DNA of 64,000 bases, taken from NCBI RefSeq assembly GCF_036504375.1, contig NZ_DASXVH010000045.1, positions 9,921-73,920 of the forward strand, in the 5' to 3' direction. The number at the start of each line of letters is the position of its first letter. Within the stretch, counting starts at the first letter, position 1. The notes beneath the pieces are model-generated. The model was given only the letters and a program-made list of their open reading frames with translations. It was not told where the DNA came from and did no database searches. Both the position numbers and the translations under genes were made by a program. This document shows, piece after piece, positions 39,183-51,338 of this stretch. This DNA comes from Novimethylophilus sp. GTDB lineage: Bacteria; Pseudomonadota; Gammaproteobacteria; Burkholderiales; Methylophilaceae.

Positions 39183-41720
39183 TTATGCATCGCTCCCGAA
39201 ACCGCCGAAACGCCGGGCAGTTTCAAACGCGGCAATGCAGACAGCGCCGGCAATCCCCATAATGGCCAGATCGGCCGGCTGCAATGCACCGAAATAAAAC
39301 AATGCGCGCAAGCCGGGAACGACCAGCACCAAGGTCATGAATAATACCGCACCACCGATGACCCACCACAACGCACGATTGCGCGTGCCCAGCGTTGCCA
39401 GAATACTGCGGGAACGCGAACGGCTGGCGAAAATCAGCCCGAGGTTGGCGATCACCATGGTGCTGAAAGTGAGTGCGCGCGCCGCGTCTGCACTGCGGCC
39501 GAAATGCCGGGCGCCGATGTAAACAGCCAGCAATGTCGCCAGCAGGGCCATCCCCTGCAGCAGACCCAACAGCATGATATGGCGGTCGAATAGCGATGCC
39601 GCGGGTGAACGCGGCGGACGCCTCATGATGTCGGCCTCATCCGGTTCCGCCTCGAACACGATGGAGCAGGCCGGATCGATGATCAGCTGCAGAAACAAAA
39701 TATGCACCGGCAGCAATAACAGAGGCCACCCAAGCGCAACCGGCAGTACCGATATGCCGACAATGGGCACATGGGCACCGACCAGGAAGGTAATCGCTTT
39801 GCGCAGATTATCGAAAATGCGCCGCCCCATCCTGACGGCAGCGACAATCGAGGAAAAATCATCGTCCAGCAGCACCAGGTCGGCCGATTCCCGCGCCACA
39901 TCGGTGCCGTGCGCCCCCATGGCGATGCCGATATGCGCAGCTTTCAGCGCCGGCGCATCGTTCACGCCATCGCCCGTCATCGCCACGATCTCGCCGCCCG
40001 CCTTGAGCGCATTGACCAGCCTGAGTTTCTGTTCCGGCATGGTGCGGCAGAATACATGCACGTGCTTCACCCGTGCTTGCAGTTCGGCATCATTCAGGCT
40101 GTCCAGTTCGTCCCCGGACATCATGCCGCCCTCGGCCCTGAGCCCAACCTGACGCGCGATGCTGAGCGCGGTCGCAGGATAATCGCCGGTGATCATGATG
40201 ACCCGCATGCCGGCTGCATGGCTTTCCTCGATCGCAGCCGGCACCGCGGGACGGATCGGGTCGGCCAGCCCGAGCAGGCCGAGGAATTCGAACTCGAAAT
40301 CGTGCTGAATCGCCGGCAGATCGGCCTTGCGAAAAGACGCGCGGGCCACGCCCAGCACCCGCAGTCCCTGTTCCGCCATGGCCGTCGCCTCTGTGGCCAG
40401 CACCGCGCCGCGGTCATGGTCCAGGTGGCACAGGTCGATAATAGCCTCGGGCGAACCTTTGGCGGCGATCACGTAGTGTTCGCGGTCGGGGGACTGCCAT
40501 ACGCGCGACATTGCCAGCAGCCCGGAGGATAGCGGATACTCCTCGACCAGGGTCCAATCCTGATGGATGTGTTCGGTGCCCTGCAGCGCCTCGCGCGTGG
40601 CCCGGTTGATCGCCCGCTCCATCGGATCGAAAGGATCGCGATGGCTGGCCAGCATGCCGAATTCCAGCACTTCATGAAACGTTTCCGGCAGCTGTCCATG
40701 CTGGGCAAAATCGAAGCGCTCGGCGTGCGCATACAACTTGGCCAATGCCATGCGGTTTTGCGTCAAAGTGCCGGTCTTGTCCACGCACAGCACGGTTGCC
40801 GCCCCCAGCATCTCGATCGCGGGGATATGCCGCGTCAGCACCTGCTTTTGCGCCATGCGCCAGGCGCCCAGCCCCAGGAACAACGTCAGCACGACCGGCA
40901 GCTCTTCCGGCAGCAGCGCCATCGCCAGCGTAATGCCGACCAGAAAGCCATTGAGCCAATCGCTGCGCGTCGCCCCGTAGAGGGCCCCTGCCGCCACGGC
41001 CAGTATCATGCCGACCCAGGCGGCGCGCGTGACTATCATCCTGGTTTCGCGCTGGATGCGCGTCGGCTCCGGCGCCACGCCTGCCAGGCTCTTGCCGATG
41101 GCGCCAAGCGCGGTCTGCTGGCCGACCGCCAGAACCTGCGCAATGCCCCGGCCCTGGACAAGCAGCGTACCTGAAAACAGATAAGACAGATTGTCGCCAC
41201 CCGGCCGGCTCATCTGCGCAGGCCTTGCTTCCGCCGCCGTTTTGCGCACCGGGGCCGATTCGCCGGTCAATAAGGATTCGTCGATGGAGACGTTAGTGCC
41301 GGACAGCAGCACGGCATCGGCAGGAACCCGGTCGCCCTCGCTTAACACCAGCAGGTCGTCGCGCACCACCTCGCGACCGGGAATGCGGTGTTGCGCGCCG
41401 TCGCGAATCACCACCGCACGCGGGCTGGAAAGATCGCACAAGGCCTGCAGCGCCCGCTCGGTCTTGCGTTTCTGAAAGAAGCTGATGGCGATGATGACGA
41501 AGACAAATCCGAGCAGCATCATCGCCTCGCCCTTGTCTCCCAACATCAGGTACAGCGAACCGCAGGCGATCAGCAGCAGGAACATCGGCTCTTTCAGCAC
41601 ATCCAGCGCGATGCCGAACGGGCTGCGCGGCTCTGCCGACGGAAGCTGGTTGTAGCCCTCCCGCGCCAGCCGCACAGATGCCGCCTGATGCGAAAGTCCG
41701 TGCCGGATATCGATGGCCAC
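39183..41720 (-). CDS. Cation-translocating P-type ATPase (type II, Ca2+/Mg2+-like)
   Basis: 845 aa with a GTG start. TGES, DKTGTLTQN, MITGD and TGDGVNDAPALK motifs, and about 10 TM segments. Confidence 0.9.
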   Translation of the reverse strand: MAIDIRHGLSHQAASVRLAREGYNQLPSAEPRSPFGIALDVLKEPMFLLLIACGSLYLMLGDKGEAMMLLGFVFVIIAISFFQKRKTERALQALCDLSSPRAVVIRDGAQHRIPGREVVRDDLLVLSEGDRVPADAVLLSGTNVSIDESLLTGESAPVRKTAAEARPAQMSRPGGDNLSYLFSGTLLVQGRGIAQVLAVGQQTALGAIGKSLAGVAPEPTRIQRETRMIVTRAAWVGMILAVAAGALYGATRSDWLNGFLVGITLAMALLPEELPVVLTLFLGLGAWRMAQKQVLTRHIPAIEMLGAATVLCVDKTGTLTQNRMALAKLYAHAERFDFAQHGQLPETFHEVLEFGMLASHRDPFDPMERAINRATREALQGTEHIHQDWTLVEEYPLSSGLLAMSRVWQSPDREHYVIAAKGSPEAIIDLCHLDHDRGAVLATEATAMAEQGLRVLGVARASFRKADLPAIQHDFEFEFLGLLGLADPIRPAVPAAIEESHAAGMRVIMITGDYPATALSIARQVGLRAEGGMMSGDELDSLNDAELQARVKHVHVFCRTMPEQKLRLVNALKAGGEIVAMTGDGVNDAPALKAAHIGIAMGAHGTDVARESADLVLLDDDFSSIVAAVRMGRRIFDNLRKAITFLVGAHVPIVGISVLPVALGWPLLLLPVHILFLQLIIDPACSIVFEAEPDEADIMRRPPRSPAASLFDRHIMLLGLLQGMALLATLLAVYIGARHFGRSADAARALTFSTMVIANLGLIFASRSRSRSILATLGTRNRALWWVIGGAVLFMTLVLVVPGLRALFYFGALQPADLAIMGIAGAVCIAAFETARRFGGFGSDA

Positions 41721-41850
41721 GAGTTGGCAACCTATGCCAGGCGTCGCACCAGCTTGTCATGGTAGCCGGTCTCGAATTGCAGGCCGGCGCCGCGCGCGGC
41801 GGCCCCGCTGATCCGTTGCTCGACAATGGCCTCGAACGCGTGCATGGACG

Positions 41851-42672
41851 TCAAGCTTTGGTTTTGAGTTCCACAGTCTTGAGATCCACGGTCAGGTGCG
41901 GCGCCAACACTTGCAGCATCTGGCCGAACACCTTGGGAGTTCCGGCGACGATGTTGCCGGTTGCGAGCCAGCTTTCGTTACCCTCGAAATCGCCCACCAG
42001 CCCGCCGGCCTCGGCGACCAAAAGCCCGCCGGCGGCGATATCCCATTTGGACAGGCCGATCTCCCAGAAGCCGTCATACCAGCCGGTAGCGACATAGGCG
42101 AGATCGAGCGCAGCGGAACCCGGACGGCGCAGTCCGGAAGTCTTCAGCATCATGTCCTTGAACATCGCCAGATAGGTATCGATATGGGCAAAATCGCGGA
42201 ACGGCAAACCGGTGCCGATCAGCGACTCCTGCAGCCTGGTACGCTTGCTGACGCGGATGCGGCGGTCGTTGAGGAAAGCGCCGCGGCCTTTGGTAGCGGT
42301 ATAAAGATCGTTGCGGTTGGGGTCGTAGATCACCGCCTGCTCCAGCACGCCGCGATGCTGCAAGGCAATGGAAATGCAGTATTGCGGAAACCCATGCAGA
42401 AAATTGGTGGTGCCGTCGAGCGGATCGATAATCCACAGAAAGTCGCCGTGCTCTCCCACCGCTCCCGATTCCTCGCCCAGGACTGCATGGCTGGGATAAG
42501 CCTCATGCAGGGTTTCGATAATGGCCTGCTCGGCAGCGTGATCGACCTCGCTGACATAATCGTTGTGCGTCTTGTTGCGCACCTGGAGAATGTCGAGATT
42601 TTGCGAAGCGCGGGTAATGATGGAACCTGCGCGGCGGGCGGCTTTTACCGCCGTATTCAGCATGGGATGCAT
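41851..42672 (-). CDS. suhB: Inositol monophosphatase family protein SuhB
   Basis: ATG 42672 ([16 protein letters not shown]) parallels E. coli Suh[13 protein letters not shown] motif. Confidence 0.9.
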   Translation of the reverse strand: MHPMLNTAVKAARRAGSIITRASQNLDILQVRNKTHNDYVSEVDHAAEQAIIETLHEAYPSHAVLGEESGAVGEHGDFLWIIDPLDGTTNFLHGFPQYCISIALQHRGVLEQAVIYDPNRNDLYTATKGRGAFLNDRRIRVSKRTRLQESLIGTGLPFRDFAHIDTYLAMFKDMMLKTSGLRRPGSAALDLAYVATGWYDGFWEIGLSKWDIAAGGLLVAEAGGLVGDFEGNESWLATGNIVAGTPKVFGQMLQVLAPHLTVDLKTVELKTKA

Positions 42673-42730
42673 AGTTTGGCTAAAGAGCAATTAAAATAAG
42701 GCGACATTTTAACCTACCGTCCACCACCCC

Positions 42731-43444
42731 GTGAATAAACTCAACAACATCCGCATCGTACTCTGCCAGACCAGCCATCCCGGCAACATCGGTTCCGCCG
42801 CGCGCGCCATGAAAACCATGGGCCTGTCGCGCCTCCACCTGATCAAGCCGCGCAAGTTTCCCCATGCGGAAGCCGTTGCGATGGCCTCCGGCGCGACGGA
42901 CGTGCTGGAAAACGCGCAAATTTTTGACACGCTGGATGACGCGCTTGCCGGTTGCGCGCTAGTGATCGGATTGACCGCACGCCAGCGTGAATTGTCGCAT
43001 GCCGCAATCTCGCCGCGCGCCGCTGCGGCCGAAGCTCTGGCGATCGCCGCCGATCTTGAAGTGGCGCTGGTGTTCGGCGGCGAAACCAGCGGATTGTCGA
43101 ATGAGGAGTTGATCCGCTGCCAGCGCCTGGCGCATATTCCCGCCAATCCCGATTATTCATCGCTCAATCTGGCGGCAGCGGTGCAAGTACTGGCTTATGA
43201 GTTGCGGGTTGCCTCGGAAGAAGCGCCGCAGGCGGGCGGAAAACGTTTACAACCAGCAACCCATGATGAGGTTGAGGGATTTTATATCCATCTGGAACAA
43301 ACGCTGATTGCTATCGGCTTTCTTGATCCCGCGCTGCCCAAGCGCCTGATGCTACGGCTGCGCAGACTATTCACCCGGGCAGGACTGCAAAAGGAAGAAG
43401 TGAATATTTTGCGTGGAATTTTGAAATCCATTGCAGAAAAATAA
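42731..43444 (+). CDS. trmJ: tRNA (cytidine/uridine-2'-O)-methyltransferase TrmJ
   Basis: GTG start. IRIVLCQTSHPGNIGSAARAMKTMG and NPDYSSLNLAAAVQVLAYE parallel E. coli TrmJ. Confidence 0.9.
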   Translation: MNKLNNIRIVLCQTSHPGNIGSAARAMKTMGLSRLHLIKPRKFPHAEAVAMASGATDVLENAQIFDTLDDALAGCALVIGLTARQRELSHAAISPRAAAAEALAIAADLEVALVFGGETSGLSNEELIRCQRLAHIPANPDYSSLNLAAAVQVLAYELRVASEEAPQAGGKRLQPATHDEVEGFYIHLEQTLIAIGFLDPALPKRLMLRLRRLFTRAGLQKEEVNILRGILKSIAEK

Positions 43445-43564
43445 TGTCAGAACCGGGTGTTAAGCCATTAATGTGGGATTGAACCGGGATCAGTCGCGGC
43501 CTACCATCGTTTGTGGCAAAATACCAAATTAAACCTTACGTATCCAGACATAATATTTACACTC

Positions 43565-44317
43565 ATGCTCAACCATTTGCGCGAAGATATCGCCGTCGTT
43601 TTTGAGCGCGACCCCGCCGCTCGCAACACATGGGAGGTGCTGACCACCTACCCCGGCGTGCATGCGCTCATTTTCCACCGCGTTTCGCATTGGCTGTGGA
43701 ATATCGGCTTGCGCTGGCTGGCACGCTTCATCTCCCATCTCGGCCGCTGGCTGACCGGCATAGAAATTCATCCCGGCGCGACCATAGGCCGCAGAGTATT
43801 CATCGATCACGGCATGGGCGTGGTAATCGGCGAAACCGCGGTCATCCATGACGATTGCACGCTTTATCATGGCGTAACTCTTGGAGGCACCTCATGGAAC
43901 AAAGGCAAGCGCCACCCCACCTTGCTTGAAGGCGTAGTCATCGGAGCGGGCGCCAAAGTGCTCGGGCCAATCACGGTCGGCGCAGGCGCCAAAATCGGAT
44001 CAAATGCCGTTGTGGTAAAGGATGTTCCCGCCGGCGCCACTGCCGTCGGCATTCCTGCGCGCATCCTGGACCAGGAAAAGGCCAAGCTGCGCGATGCCAC
44101 AGCGCAAAAAATGGGCTTCTCCGCCTACGCTGTTGGCGATGACAGCAACGATCCAATGACTAAAGCGGTGCACGCCCTGCTCGACCATGCCGCACAACAA
44201 GACAAGCGTCTGCAGGAATTGGCCGAGCAATTGGCCAAGCTGGGTGCCGATCTTGAGGTGGACGAAAAGGTCGGGGATGCTTTCGATGTCAATTACCTTA
44301 ACAAGATAGTTGACTAA
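43565..44317 (+). CDS. cysE: Serine O-acetyltransferase
   Basis: ATG 43565 ([19 protein letters not shown]). Hexapeptide repeats [27 protein letters not shown]. Confidence 0.92.
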   Translation: MLNHLREDIAVVFERDPAARNTWEVLTTYPGVHALIFHRVSHWLWNIGLRWLARFISHLGRWLTGIEIHPGATIGRRVFIDHGMGVVIGETAVIHDDCTLYHGVTLGGTSWNKGKRHPTLLEGVVIGAGAKVLGPITVGAGAKIGSNAVVVKDVPAGATAVGIPARILDQEKAKLRDATAQKMGFSAYAVGDDSNDPMTKAVHALLDHAAQQDKRLQELAEQLAKLGADLEVDEKVGDAFDVNYLNKIVD

Positions 44318-44378
44318 AACGCTAAGGTATTAGAAAATAACAACTGTTATTGAACTTAACGTGAAAGCAAACTAAATT

Positions 44379-44843
44379 ATGCGACTAACCACCAAAGGGC
44401 GTTTCGCCGTCACCGCGATGCTCGACATTGCACTCAACGAAACCGGGCGCCCGGTCACGCTGACCACCATCAGCGAACGGCAGGATATTTCCCTGTCCTA
44501 TCTTGAACAATTATTCAGCCGCCTGCGCAGGAACGGGCTGGTTAAAAGCGTGCGCGGCCCCGGCGGCGGTTACCGCATGGCGCTCGACCCGAAATCCATC
44601 TCGGTGTCAGACATCATCCGCGCAGTGGATGAACAAATCGACGCCACGCAATGCGGCGGCAATGAAAATTGCCTGGATGATCACCGCTGCATGACCCACG
44701 AATTATGGGCCGCGCTGAACCACAAAATTCTGGAATATCTGGAAGGCGTAACCCTGGCGCAACTGGTTGCCTCGCAAAAGGGCGGGAAAAAAGTGGTGAT
44801 TGCGGAACCCAGACGCATCAGGAATACCGCCCAGGCAGCTTGA
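44379..44843 (+). CDS. iscR: Fe-S cluster assembly regulator IscR (Rrf2 family)
   Basis: [19 protein letters not shown]. Cluster ligands C-x5-C-x5-C-x2-H ([16 protein letters not shown]). Confidence 0.92.
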   Translation: MRLTTKGRFAVTAMLDIALNETGRPVTLTTISERQDISLSYLEQLFSRLRRNGLVKSVRGPGGGYRMALDPKSISVSDIIRAVDEQIDATQCGGNENCLDDHRCMTHELWAALNHKILEYLEGVTLAQLVASQKGGKKVVIAEPRRIRNTAQAA

Positions 44844-45976
44844 TGACCCGGAACGTTTATTTCGACCACAACGCCACCACGCCGTTAGATCCTGTCGTGC
44901 GTGAGGCGATGTTGCCGTGGCTCGGAATTCCGGCCAACGCTTCCAGCAGACATCAATTCGGACGCTCGGCCCGCCATGCATTGGAACAGGCGAGAGAACA
45001 GGTCGCTGCCGCGGTTAGTGCGCATCCTTCTCAAGTAGTATTTACCGGCAGTGGCACTGAGGCGGATAATTTCGCTATTCGCGGCATCTGCTCGACGCTC
45101 AAACCCGGCCACCTGGCGGTCAGTGCGATCGAGCATCCTGCGGTGATGAAACCGGCCCAGGCGTTACTGCAACGTGGTTGGAAGCTGACGAAAATCGCAG
45201 TGGAAAAAACCGGCAAGGTCGGCATCCGGAATCTGGAAGAGGCTTTGCAGCAACCTGCCGCGCTGGTGTCGATAATGCTGGCCAACAATGAAACCGGCGT
45301 CGTACAGGACATCCCGGCTTTATCCGGGATTGCGCGCCGGCATGGCGCAATCATGCATACCGACGCGGTGCAGGCGCTGGGTAAAATGCCGCTGGATTTC
45401 AATGCGTTCGGCGTTCAGGCGATGAGCTTGTCGGGCCACAAAATTGGCGGACCACAAGGCACAGGCGCGCTGGTGCTGGACAAACGCCTGGATATCCAGC
45501 CGTTGCTTTACGGCGGTGGCCAGGAGAAGGGGCGTCGCAGCGGCACCGAAAATATTGCCGCGATCGTCGGCTTCGGGATGGCATGCGAGTTGCTGATGCA
45601 TCGTCCGAAAGTCGAGATTGAACTGCGGGATGAACTGGAGGTAGGCCTGCGCGCGCTGGGAGCCGCGATTTTCGGGGCAGAAGCCCAACGGGTGCCGAAT
45701 ACCAGTTTTTTCGCCATTCCCGGTATCGACGGCGAAACGCTGGTAATGGCGCTGGACCGGGCAGGCTATGCGGTAGCCAGCGGCTCAGCCTGCTCCAGCG
45801 ACAGCTCCGACCCCAGCCCGGTATTGCTGGCGATGGGAATATCGCCGGAATTGGCGCAAGGCGCCGTGCGGGTGAGTCTGGGCTCCGGCAATACGGCACA
45901 AGAAATACAGGGATTTTTACAAGCATTACGTGGCGAGTTGTCACGCATGCAAACCATGAGCGCGCTTGCAGTTTGA
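44843..45976 (+). CDS. NifS/IscS-like class I cysteine desulfurase (second copy)
   Basis: ATG 44843 shares one base with the isc[24 protein letters not shown] lysine in [12 protein letters not shown]. Catalytic Cys in SGSACSSDS. Confidence 0.9.
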   Translation: MTRNVYFDHNATTPLDPVVREAMLPWLGIPANASSRHQFGRSARHALEQAREQVAAAVSAHPSQVVFTGSGTEADNFAIRGICSTLKPGHLAVSAIEHPAVMKPAQALLQRGWKLTKIAVEKTGKVGIRNLEEALQQPAALVSIMLANNETGVVQDIPALSGIARRHGAIMHTDAVQALGKMPLDFNAFGVQAMSLSGHKIGGPQGTGALVLDKRLDIQPLLYGGGQEKGRRSGTENIAAIVGFGMACELLMHRPKVEIELRDELEVGLRALGAAIFGAEAQRVPNTSFFAIPGIDGETLVMALDRAGYAVASGSACSSDSSDPSPVLLAMGISPELAQGAVRVSLGSGNTAQEIQGFLQALRGELSRMQTMSALAV

Positions 45977-45983
45977 GGATATT

Positions 45984-47198
45984 ATGACAGTCAAAACTCC
46001 GATCTACCTGGACTACTCCGCCACCACGCCGGTTGACCCGCGCGTGGCAGAGAAGATGATTCCTTACCTCACCGAGCACTTCGGCAATCCGGCTTCACGC
46101 TCGCACGTGTTCGGCTGGGTCGCTGACAAGGCGGTGGAAGATGCCCGCGAACAGGTCGCCGCGCTGGTCAATTGCGACCCCAAGGAAATCGTCTGGACCT
46201 CTGGCGCCACCGAATCCGACAACCTTGCGATCAAGGGCGCCGCTCACTTCTATGCTGGCAAGGGTAAACACCTGATTACAGTCAAGACCGAGCACAAGGC
46301 GGTGATCGACCCCTGCCGCGAACTGGAGCGCCAAGGCTTTGAAGTCACCTATCTAGACCCCGAACCCAATGGGCTGATCGATCTGGACAAATTCAAGGCG
46401 GCGATTCGTCCCGATACCATTCTGGCCTCGGTAATGCACGTCAATAACGAGATCGGCGTCATTCAGGATATTGTTGCCATCGGCAATGTGTGCCGCGAGA
46501 AAGGCATTATTTCCCATGTCGATGCCGCGCAGTCCACCGGTAAGGTGGCGATCGACCTGGAAACGCTACCGGTCGACTTGATGAGCTTTTCAGCGCACAA
46601 GACCTATGGCCCCAAGGGCATAGGCGCATTGTATGTGCGCAGAAAGCCTAGAATCCGCATCGAAGCGCAGATGCACGGCGGCGGTCACGAACGCGGCATG
46701 CGCTCGGGCACGCTGGCCACGCACCAGATCGTCGGCATGGGTGAAGCGTTCCGCATCGCCCGCGAAGAAATGGAACTGGAAAGCGCCCGCATCCGCAAGC
46801 TGCGCGACAAGCTGCTCGCGGGGCTGTCCGAAATCGAGGAAGTGTACGTCAACGGCGACCTGAAGAACCGCGTGCCGCACAACCTGAACATGAGCTTCAA
46901 CTTCGTCGAAGGCGAGTCGCTGATCATGGCTGTGAAAGATATCGCAGTATCGAGCGGCTCGGCCTGCACCTCGGCCAGCCTGGAACCGTCTTACGTGCTG
47001 CGCGCATTGGGGCGTTCGGACGAACTGGCACACAGCTCGATCCGCTTCTCGATCGGCCGCTTCACCACGGAAGAAGAGATCGATTACACAGTGGCGTTAA
47101 TGAAGGGCAAGATCGGCAAGCTGCGGGAACTGTCTCCATTGTGGGAGATGTTCCAGGATGGTATCGATCTGGAGAGCGTGGCCTGGGCGGCACATTAG
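45984..47198 (+). CDS. iscS: Cysteine desulfurase IscS
   Basis: ATG 45984 after [39 protein letters not shown] and [21 protein letters not shown]. Confidence 0.97.
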   Translation: MTVKTPIYLDYSATTPVDPRVAEKMIPYLTEHFGNPASRSHVFGWVADKAVEDAREQVAALVNCDPKEIVWTSGATESDNLAIKGAAHFYAGKGKHLITVKTEHKAVIDPCRELERQGFEVTYLDPEPNGLIDLDKFKAAIRPDTILASVMHVNNEIGVIQDIVAIGNVCREKGIISHVDAAQSTGKVAIDLETLPVDLMSFSAHKTYGPKGIGALYVRRKPRIRIEAQMHGGGHERGMRSGTLATHQIVGMGEAFRIAREEMELESARIRKLRDKLLAGLSEIEEVYVNGDLKNRVPHNLNMSFNFVEGESLIMAVKDIAVSSGSACTSASLEPSYVLRALGRSDELAHSSIRFSIGRFTTEEEIDYTVALMKGKIGKLRELSPLWEMFQDGIDLESVAWAAH

Positions 47199-47261
47199 AG
47201 AGCAGTTCCTTGCCTGACAGGCAGATTATCGGTTCTCTAGGAATAATGTTAGGAGTAACAA

Positions 47262-47684
47262 ATGGCATATAGCGACAAAGTACTGGATCACTACGAAAAT
47301 CCGCGCAATGTGGGCTCGTTCGACAAGGCTGACGCGAACGTTGGCACCGGCATGGTAGGAGCGCCTGCATGCGGCGACGTGATGAAGCTGCAGATCCGGG
47401 TAGATGATGACGGCGTGATCGCGGATGCCAAGTTCAAGACTTACGGCTGCGGCTCGGCGATTGCCTCCAGTTCGCTGGTGACCGAATGGCTCAAGGGCAA
47501 GACGCTGGACGAGGCAATGGCGATCAAAAATTCGGATATCGCCGAGGAATTGGCCCTGCCCCCAGTCAAGATCCATTGCTCGGTATTGGCCGAAGACGCG
47601 ATCAAGGCTGCGATCGCCGATCTCAAGCAGAAACAGGGCGAAAGCGAATCCGCGGATGCCGCGGTATGCAAGCCCGAAGCTTAA
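47262..47684 (+). CDS. iscU: Fe-S scaffold protein IscU
   Basis: MAYSDKVLDHYENPRNVG, GAPACGDVM, YGCGSAIASSS, LPPVKIHCS. Confidence 0.97.
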   Translation: MAYSDKVLDHYENPRNVGSFDKADANVGTGMVGAPACGDVMKLQIRVDDDGVIADAKFKTYGCGSAIASSSLVTEWLKGKTLDEAMAIKNSDIAEELALPPVKIHCSVLAEDAIKAAIADLKQKQGESESADAAVCKPEA

Positions 47685-47765
47685 GAATTAATCCTTGAGA
47701 ATTAATCATCGATCAGGCCTGCATAGCCAATCGACGACTTCAGATTCATGTTTTAGGAAATAAAT

Positions 47766-48089
47766 ATGGCAATCACACTGACCGAAGCCGCTGCTCAACG
47801 CGTGCAAAAATTCCTCGCCAACCGCGGCAAAGGAGTTGGACTGCGCCTGGGCGTCAAGACTTCCGGATGCTCCGGTATGGCATATACGCTGGAGTTCGTC
47901 GATGAAGCCGGCGCTGACGATGTCGCATTTCAAAGCCATGGTGTTACCGTACTGCTCGACCCCAAGAGCCTAAGCTATCTTGATGGTACCGAGTTGGACT
48001 ACACCAAAGAAGGGCTGAACGAAGGCTTCAAATTCAACAACCCGAACGTAAAGGGCGAATGCGGCTGCGGCGAAAGCTTTACCGTATAG
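47766..48089 (+). CDS. iscA: Iron-sulfur cluster insertion protein IscA
   Basis: 107 aa, GCSGMAY and C-terminal GECGCGESF. Confidence 0.95.
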   Translation: MAITLTEAAAQRVQKFLANRGKGVGLRLGVKTSGCSGMAYTLEFVDEAGADDVAFQSHGVTVLLDPKSLSYLDGTELDYTKEGLNEGFKFNNPNVKGECGCGESFTV

Positions 48090-48173
48090 GAAGCCCTTGG
48101 CTATCAGCACTCAGCGTTCAGCCTTGAGGCTTGGGTTTTGCTGATTGCTGAAAGCTTCCCGCTGATAGCTAAC

Positions 48174-48695
48174 ATGCATAAAACCCATTTCGAACTGTTC
48201 GGCCTTCCCCCTCTTTTTGCGATCGATATCGTGCGACTGGATCAGGCATATCGCCACTTGCAGGCAGAAGTGCATCCCGACCGTTTTGCTGCGGCCACCG
48301 ATAGCGAGCGTCACCAATCGCTGCAATGGGCGACGCATGCCAACGAAGCCTACCGGACCCTGAAAAACCCGCTGACGCGAGCGCGCTATCTGCTGCAATT
48401 GCATGGCGTGGATACGCAGGAAGAATCCAACACAGCAATGCCAGCGGATTTCCTGATGCGTCAGATGGAATGGCGCGAAGCCATCGAGGATGCCGTCGTC
48501 GTCGCCGATGTTGAGGCCTTGGAAGCCCTGGATCGCGGCCTGCGCAGCGAAGCGCGCAGCCTGCGGGAAGAATTGTCCCTGGCGCTGGACGAACAGAACG
48601 ATTACGCCGGTGCCAGCGAAATCGTGCGCAAGCTGCGATTTCTTGATAAAGTTCAGGCCGAAATCGACCAGGCAATCGACGCACTCGAATCATAA
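48174..48695 (+). CDS. hscB: Co-chaperone HscB
   Basis: ATG 48174 ([15 protein letters not shown]). J-domain HPDRF. Confidence 0.9.
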   Translation: MHKTHFELFGLPPLFAIDIVRLDQAYRHLQAEVHPDRFAAATDSERHQSLQWATHANEAYRTLKNPLTRARYLLQLHGVDTQEESNTAMPADFLMRQMEWREAIEDAVVVADVEALEALDRGLRSEARSLREELSLALDEQNDYAGASEIVRKLRFLDKVQAEIDQAIDALES

Positions 48696-50560
48696 TGGCA
48701 CTTCTCCAAATATCCGAACCCGGCATGGGCGCCGCGCCACACCAGCATCGTCTGGCGGTCGGCATCGATCTCGGCACCACCAATTCCCTGGTTGCCACCG
48801 TACGCAGCGGCTTGAGCGTGGTGCTGCACGATAACGACGGACGCGCGTTGCTACCTTCCGTGGTGCGCTTTCTCGCCGATGGTCAGGTGGAAGTCGGCAT
48901 GGCGGCACAGACTCAGCAAAGCCATGACCCACAGAACACCATTGCCTCGGCGAAGCGTTTCATGGGGCGCGGGCTCAAGGATATCGCCGACATTACCCAC
49001 CTCCCCTACCGTTTTCTGGACGAGCCGGGCATGGTGCAGCTCAGAACGGTTGCCGGCGTGAAAAGCCCGGTCGAGGTTTCCGCCGAAATCCTCAAAGTGC
49101 TCAAGGCGCGCGCCGAGGATGCCCTGGGTGGCGAGCTCACCGGCGCCGTCATTACCGTACCGGCCTATTTCGACGATGCACAGCGCCAGGCCACCAAGGA
49201 CGCCGCGCGCCTGGCAGGCATCAATGTATTGCGGCTACTCAACGAGCCGACCGCCGCTGCCGTTGCCTACGGCCTGGACAACGGCGCCGAAGGGGTCTAC
49301 GTGGTATACGACCTGGGCGGGGGCACTTTCGACGTATCCATTTTACGTTTAGCCAAAGGCATCTTCGAAGTGCTGGCCACCAATGGCGACTCGGCGCTTG
49401 GAGGCGACGATTTCGACCGCCGCATCTATTGCTGGGTGTTGGAGCAGGCCAAGCTGCCGCCGCTCGCGCCTGAAGATAACAGCCTGTTGATGACCAAGGC
49501 CCGTGAAGCCAAGGAATGGTTGACCAACAATCCGGAAGCCCGCATCACCTGCGTATTGCGCAGCGGCGACATCGTCGACATGACGCTCACCACGTCGACC
49601 TTCATTGATCTGACCGCGCCGCTGGTGGCAAAAACCATTGCTCCTGTCAAAAAAGCCCTGCGCGACGCCAAGTTGTTGGTCGATGACGTGCAAGGCGTGG
49701 TCATGGTCGGCGGCGCCACGCGCATGCCGCACATCCAGCATGCGGTATGGGAATACTTCGGCCAGGAACCGCTCACCAATCTCGACCCGGACAAGGTGGT
49801 GGCGCTGGGCGCCGCGATACAGGCCAATGTGCTCGCCGGCAACCGCAACCAGGACGATCTGCTGCTGCTCGATGTGGTGCCGCTTTCGCTCGGCCTCGAA
49901 ACCATGGGGGGGCTGACCGAGAAAATCATTCCGCGCAATGCAACGATCCCGGTCGCGCGCGCCCAGGACTTCACCACCTTCAAGGACGGCCAGACCGCGA
50001 TGAGCATCCACGTAGTGCAGGGTGAAAGGGAATTAGTCGCCGACTGCCGCTCGCTGGCGCGCTTCGAACTGCGCGGCATTCCGCCGATGGCGGCGGGCGC
50101 GGCGCGCATCCGCGTGACCTTCCAGGTGGATGCCGACGGACTGCTTTCGGTCTCCGCCCGCGAACAAAACAGCGGCGCCGAGGCGCATATTACCGTAAAG
50201 CCATCCTACGGACTGGAAGAAAACGAGATTGCCAACATGCTGCAGGCGTCCTATTCCCATGCCGGAGAGGACATGCAGATGCGCGCGCTGCGCGAAACGC
50301 AGGTCGATGCCGAACGTTTGCTGGTCGCGGTTGCCGCCGCGCTGGACAAGGATGGCGAGCGCTATCTGAATGCCACCGAGCGCGCCGCCATCGACGAGCA
50401 CATGCGCGCCCTGCGCACTGCCGCGGCAGGCAATGACGCTGCTGCGATCAAGCAGACGATTGCCGTGCTCAATCAGGCCACGGACACTTTCGCCGCGCGG
50501 CGCATGGACGCCAGCGTGCGCCGGGCATTGACGGGCCACAAGCTGGAAGAACTCAATTAG
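48695..50560 (+). CDS. hscA: Fe-S chaperone HscA (Hsp70 family)
   Basis: 621 aa. [32 protein letters not shown]. Confidence 0.97.
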   Translation: MALLQISEPGMGAAPHQHRLAVGIDLGTTNSLVATVRSGLSVVLHDNDGRALLPSVVRFLADGQVEVGMAAQTQQSHDPQNTIASAKRFMGRGLKDIADITHLPYRFLDEPGMVQLRTVAGVKSPVEVSAEILKVLKARAEDALGGELTGAVITVPAYFDDAQRQATKDAARLAGINVLRLLNEPTAAAVAYGLDNGAEGVYVVYDLGGGTFDVSILRLAKGIFEVLATNGDSALGGDDFDRRIYCWVLEQAKLPPLAPEDNSLLMTKAREAKEWLTNNPEARITCVLRSGDIVDMTLTTSTFIDLTAPLVAKTIAPVKKALRDAKLLVDDVQGVVMVGGATRMPHIQHAVWEYFGQEPLTNLDPDKVVALGAAIQANVLAGNRNQDDLLLLDVVPLSLGLETMGGLTEKIIPRNATIPVARAQDFTTFKDGQTAMSIHVVQGERELVADCRSLARFELRGIPPMAAGAARIRVTFQVDADGLLSVSAREQNSGAEAHITVKPSYGLEENEIANMLQASYSHAGEDMQMRALRETQVDAERLLVAVAAALDKDGERYLNATERAAIDEHMRALRTAAAGNDAAAIKQTIAVLNQATDTFAARRMDASVRRALTGHKLEELN

Positions 50561-50575
50561 TGTGATCACGCCCTA

Positions 50576-50917
50576 ATGCCGAAAATCATCGTACTACCCC
50601 ATGTCGAACTCTGCCCGGAAGGCGCCGTCATCGAGGCCAAATCCGGCACTTCCATCTGCGACAGCCTGCTGGATAACGGCATCGATATCGAACATGCCTG
50701 CGACAAGGTTTGCGCCTGCACCACCTGTCACGTGATCGTGCGCGAAGGGTACGGCAGCCTGCCGGCTGCGGAAGAAAACGAGGAAGACCTGCTGGATAAA
50801 GCCTGGGGACTGGAACCCAATTCCCGACTGTCGTGCCAGGCGATCGTCGATGGCGCCGACCTGGTGGTGGAAATCCCCAAGTATTCGATCAACATGGCCA
50901 AAGAAGGCAAGCATTAG
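50576..50917 (+). CDS. fdx: ISC-type [2Fe-2S] ferredoxin
   Basis: 113 aa, CDKVCACTTCHV...SRLSCQ. Confidence 0.95.
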   Translation: MPKIIVLPHVELCPEGAVIEAKSGTSICDSLLDNGIDIEHACDKVCACTTCHVIVREGYGSLPAAEENEEDLLDKAWGLEPNSRLSCQAIVDGADLVVEIPKYSINMAKEGKH

Positions 50918-50957
50918 GCAAGGCAAACACTAGCCTTCTCGCCGGTGCGCTGTTTTC

Positions 50958-51338
50958 CTACCAGTTCGTATACCGGTCTTTTTTCAGATAATCCTTGATG
51001 TGCCAGGCAATGCCTTCGTGATCGGTGAAGAAATAGCAATTGCCGTCGGCGCTGCTGATCGTTCGCTCTATGGTCAACGCCAGCTCGTTTTCAATGAACT
51101 CTTTGGCGTTCTCCATTCTCAGGCAGGGATTGCAAAAACCCGATGCGGCAGGCGGGGCGCTGATACTTCTCTTCTTGATTTCAATATTGATGCCCTCGTT
51201 GCTGGCAAACATTGAAATGCCGGAATCGGTGATGACGTGGTATCTGCCGCCCTGAAATATCTTCACCAGAAACGCGCAGTATGCAGCGATGTTTTCAACG
51301 TGAACTTCGATGTGATCAAAGAATACCGCTTTACTCAT
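50958..51338 (-). CDS. VOC (glyoxalase/bleomycin-resistance fold) family protein
   Basis: 126 aa. FDHIEVHVENI start is typical of the VOC fold. The gene is visibly AT-richer than its neighbours. It overlaps the ubiT stop by 8 nt. Confidence 0.65.
   Translation of the reverse strand: MSKAVFFDHIEVHVENIAAYCAFLVKIFQGGRYHVITDSGISMFASNEGINIEIKKRSISAPPAASGFCNPCLRMENAKEFIENELALTIERTISSADGNCYFFTDHEGIAWHIKDYLKKDRYTNW

Noticed and set aside
44337-44350. Palindrome ATAACAACTGTTAT upstream of iscR as an IscR operator
   Set aside because: Position-by-position comparison with the type-1 IscR motif (ATASYYGACTRWWWYAGTCRRSTAT) fails after the first three bases. It may still be a regulatory site, but I cannot support it.
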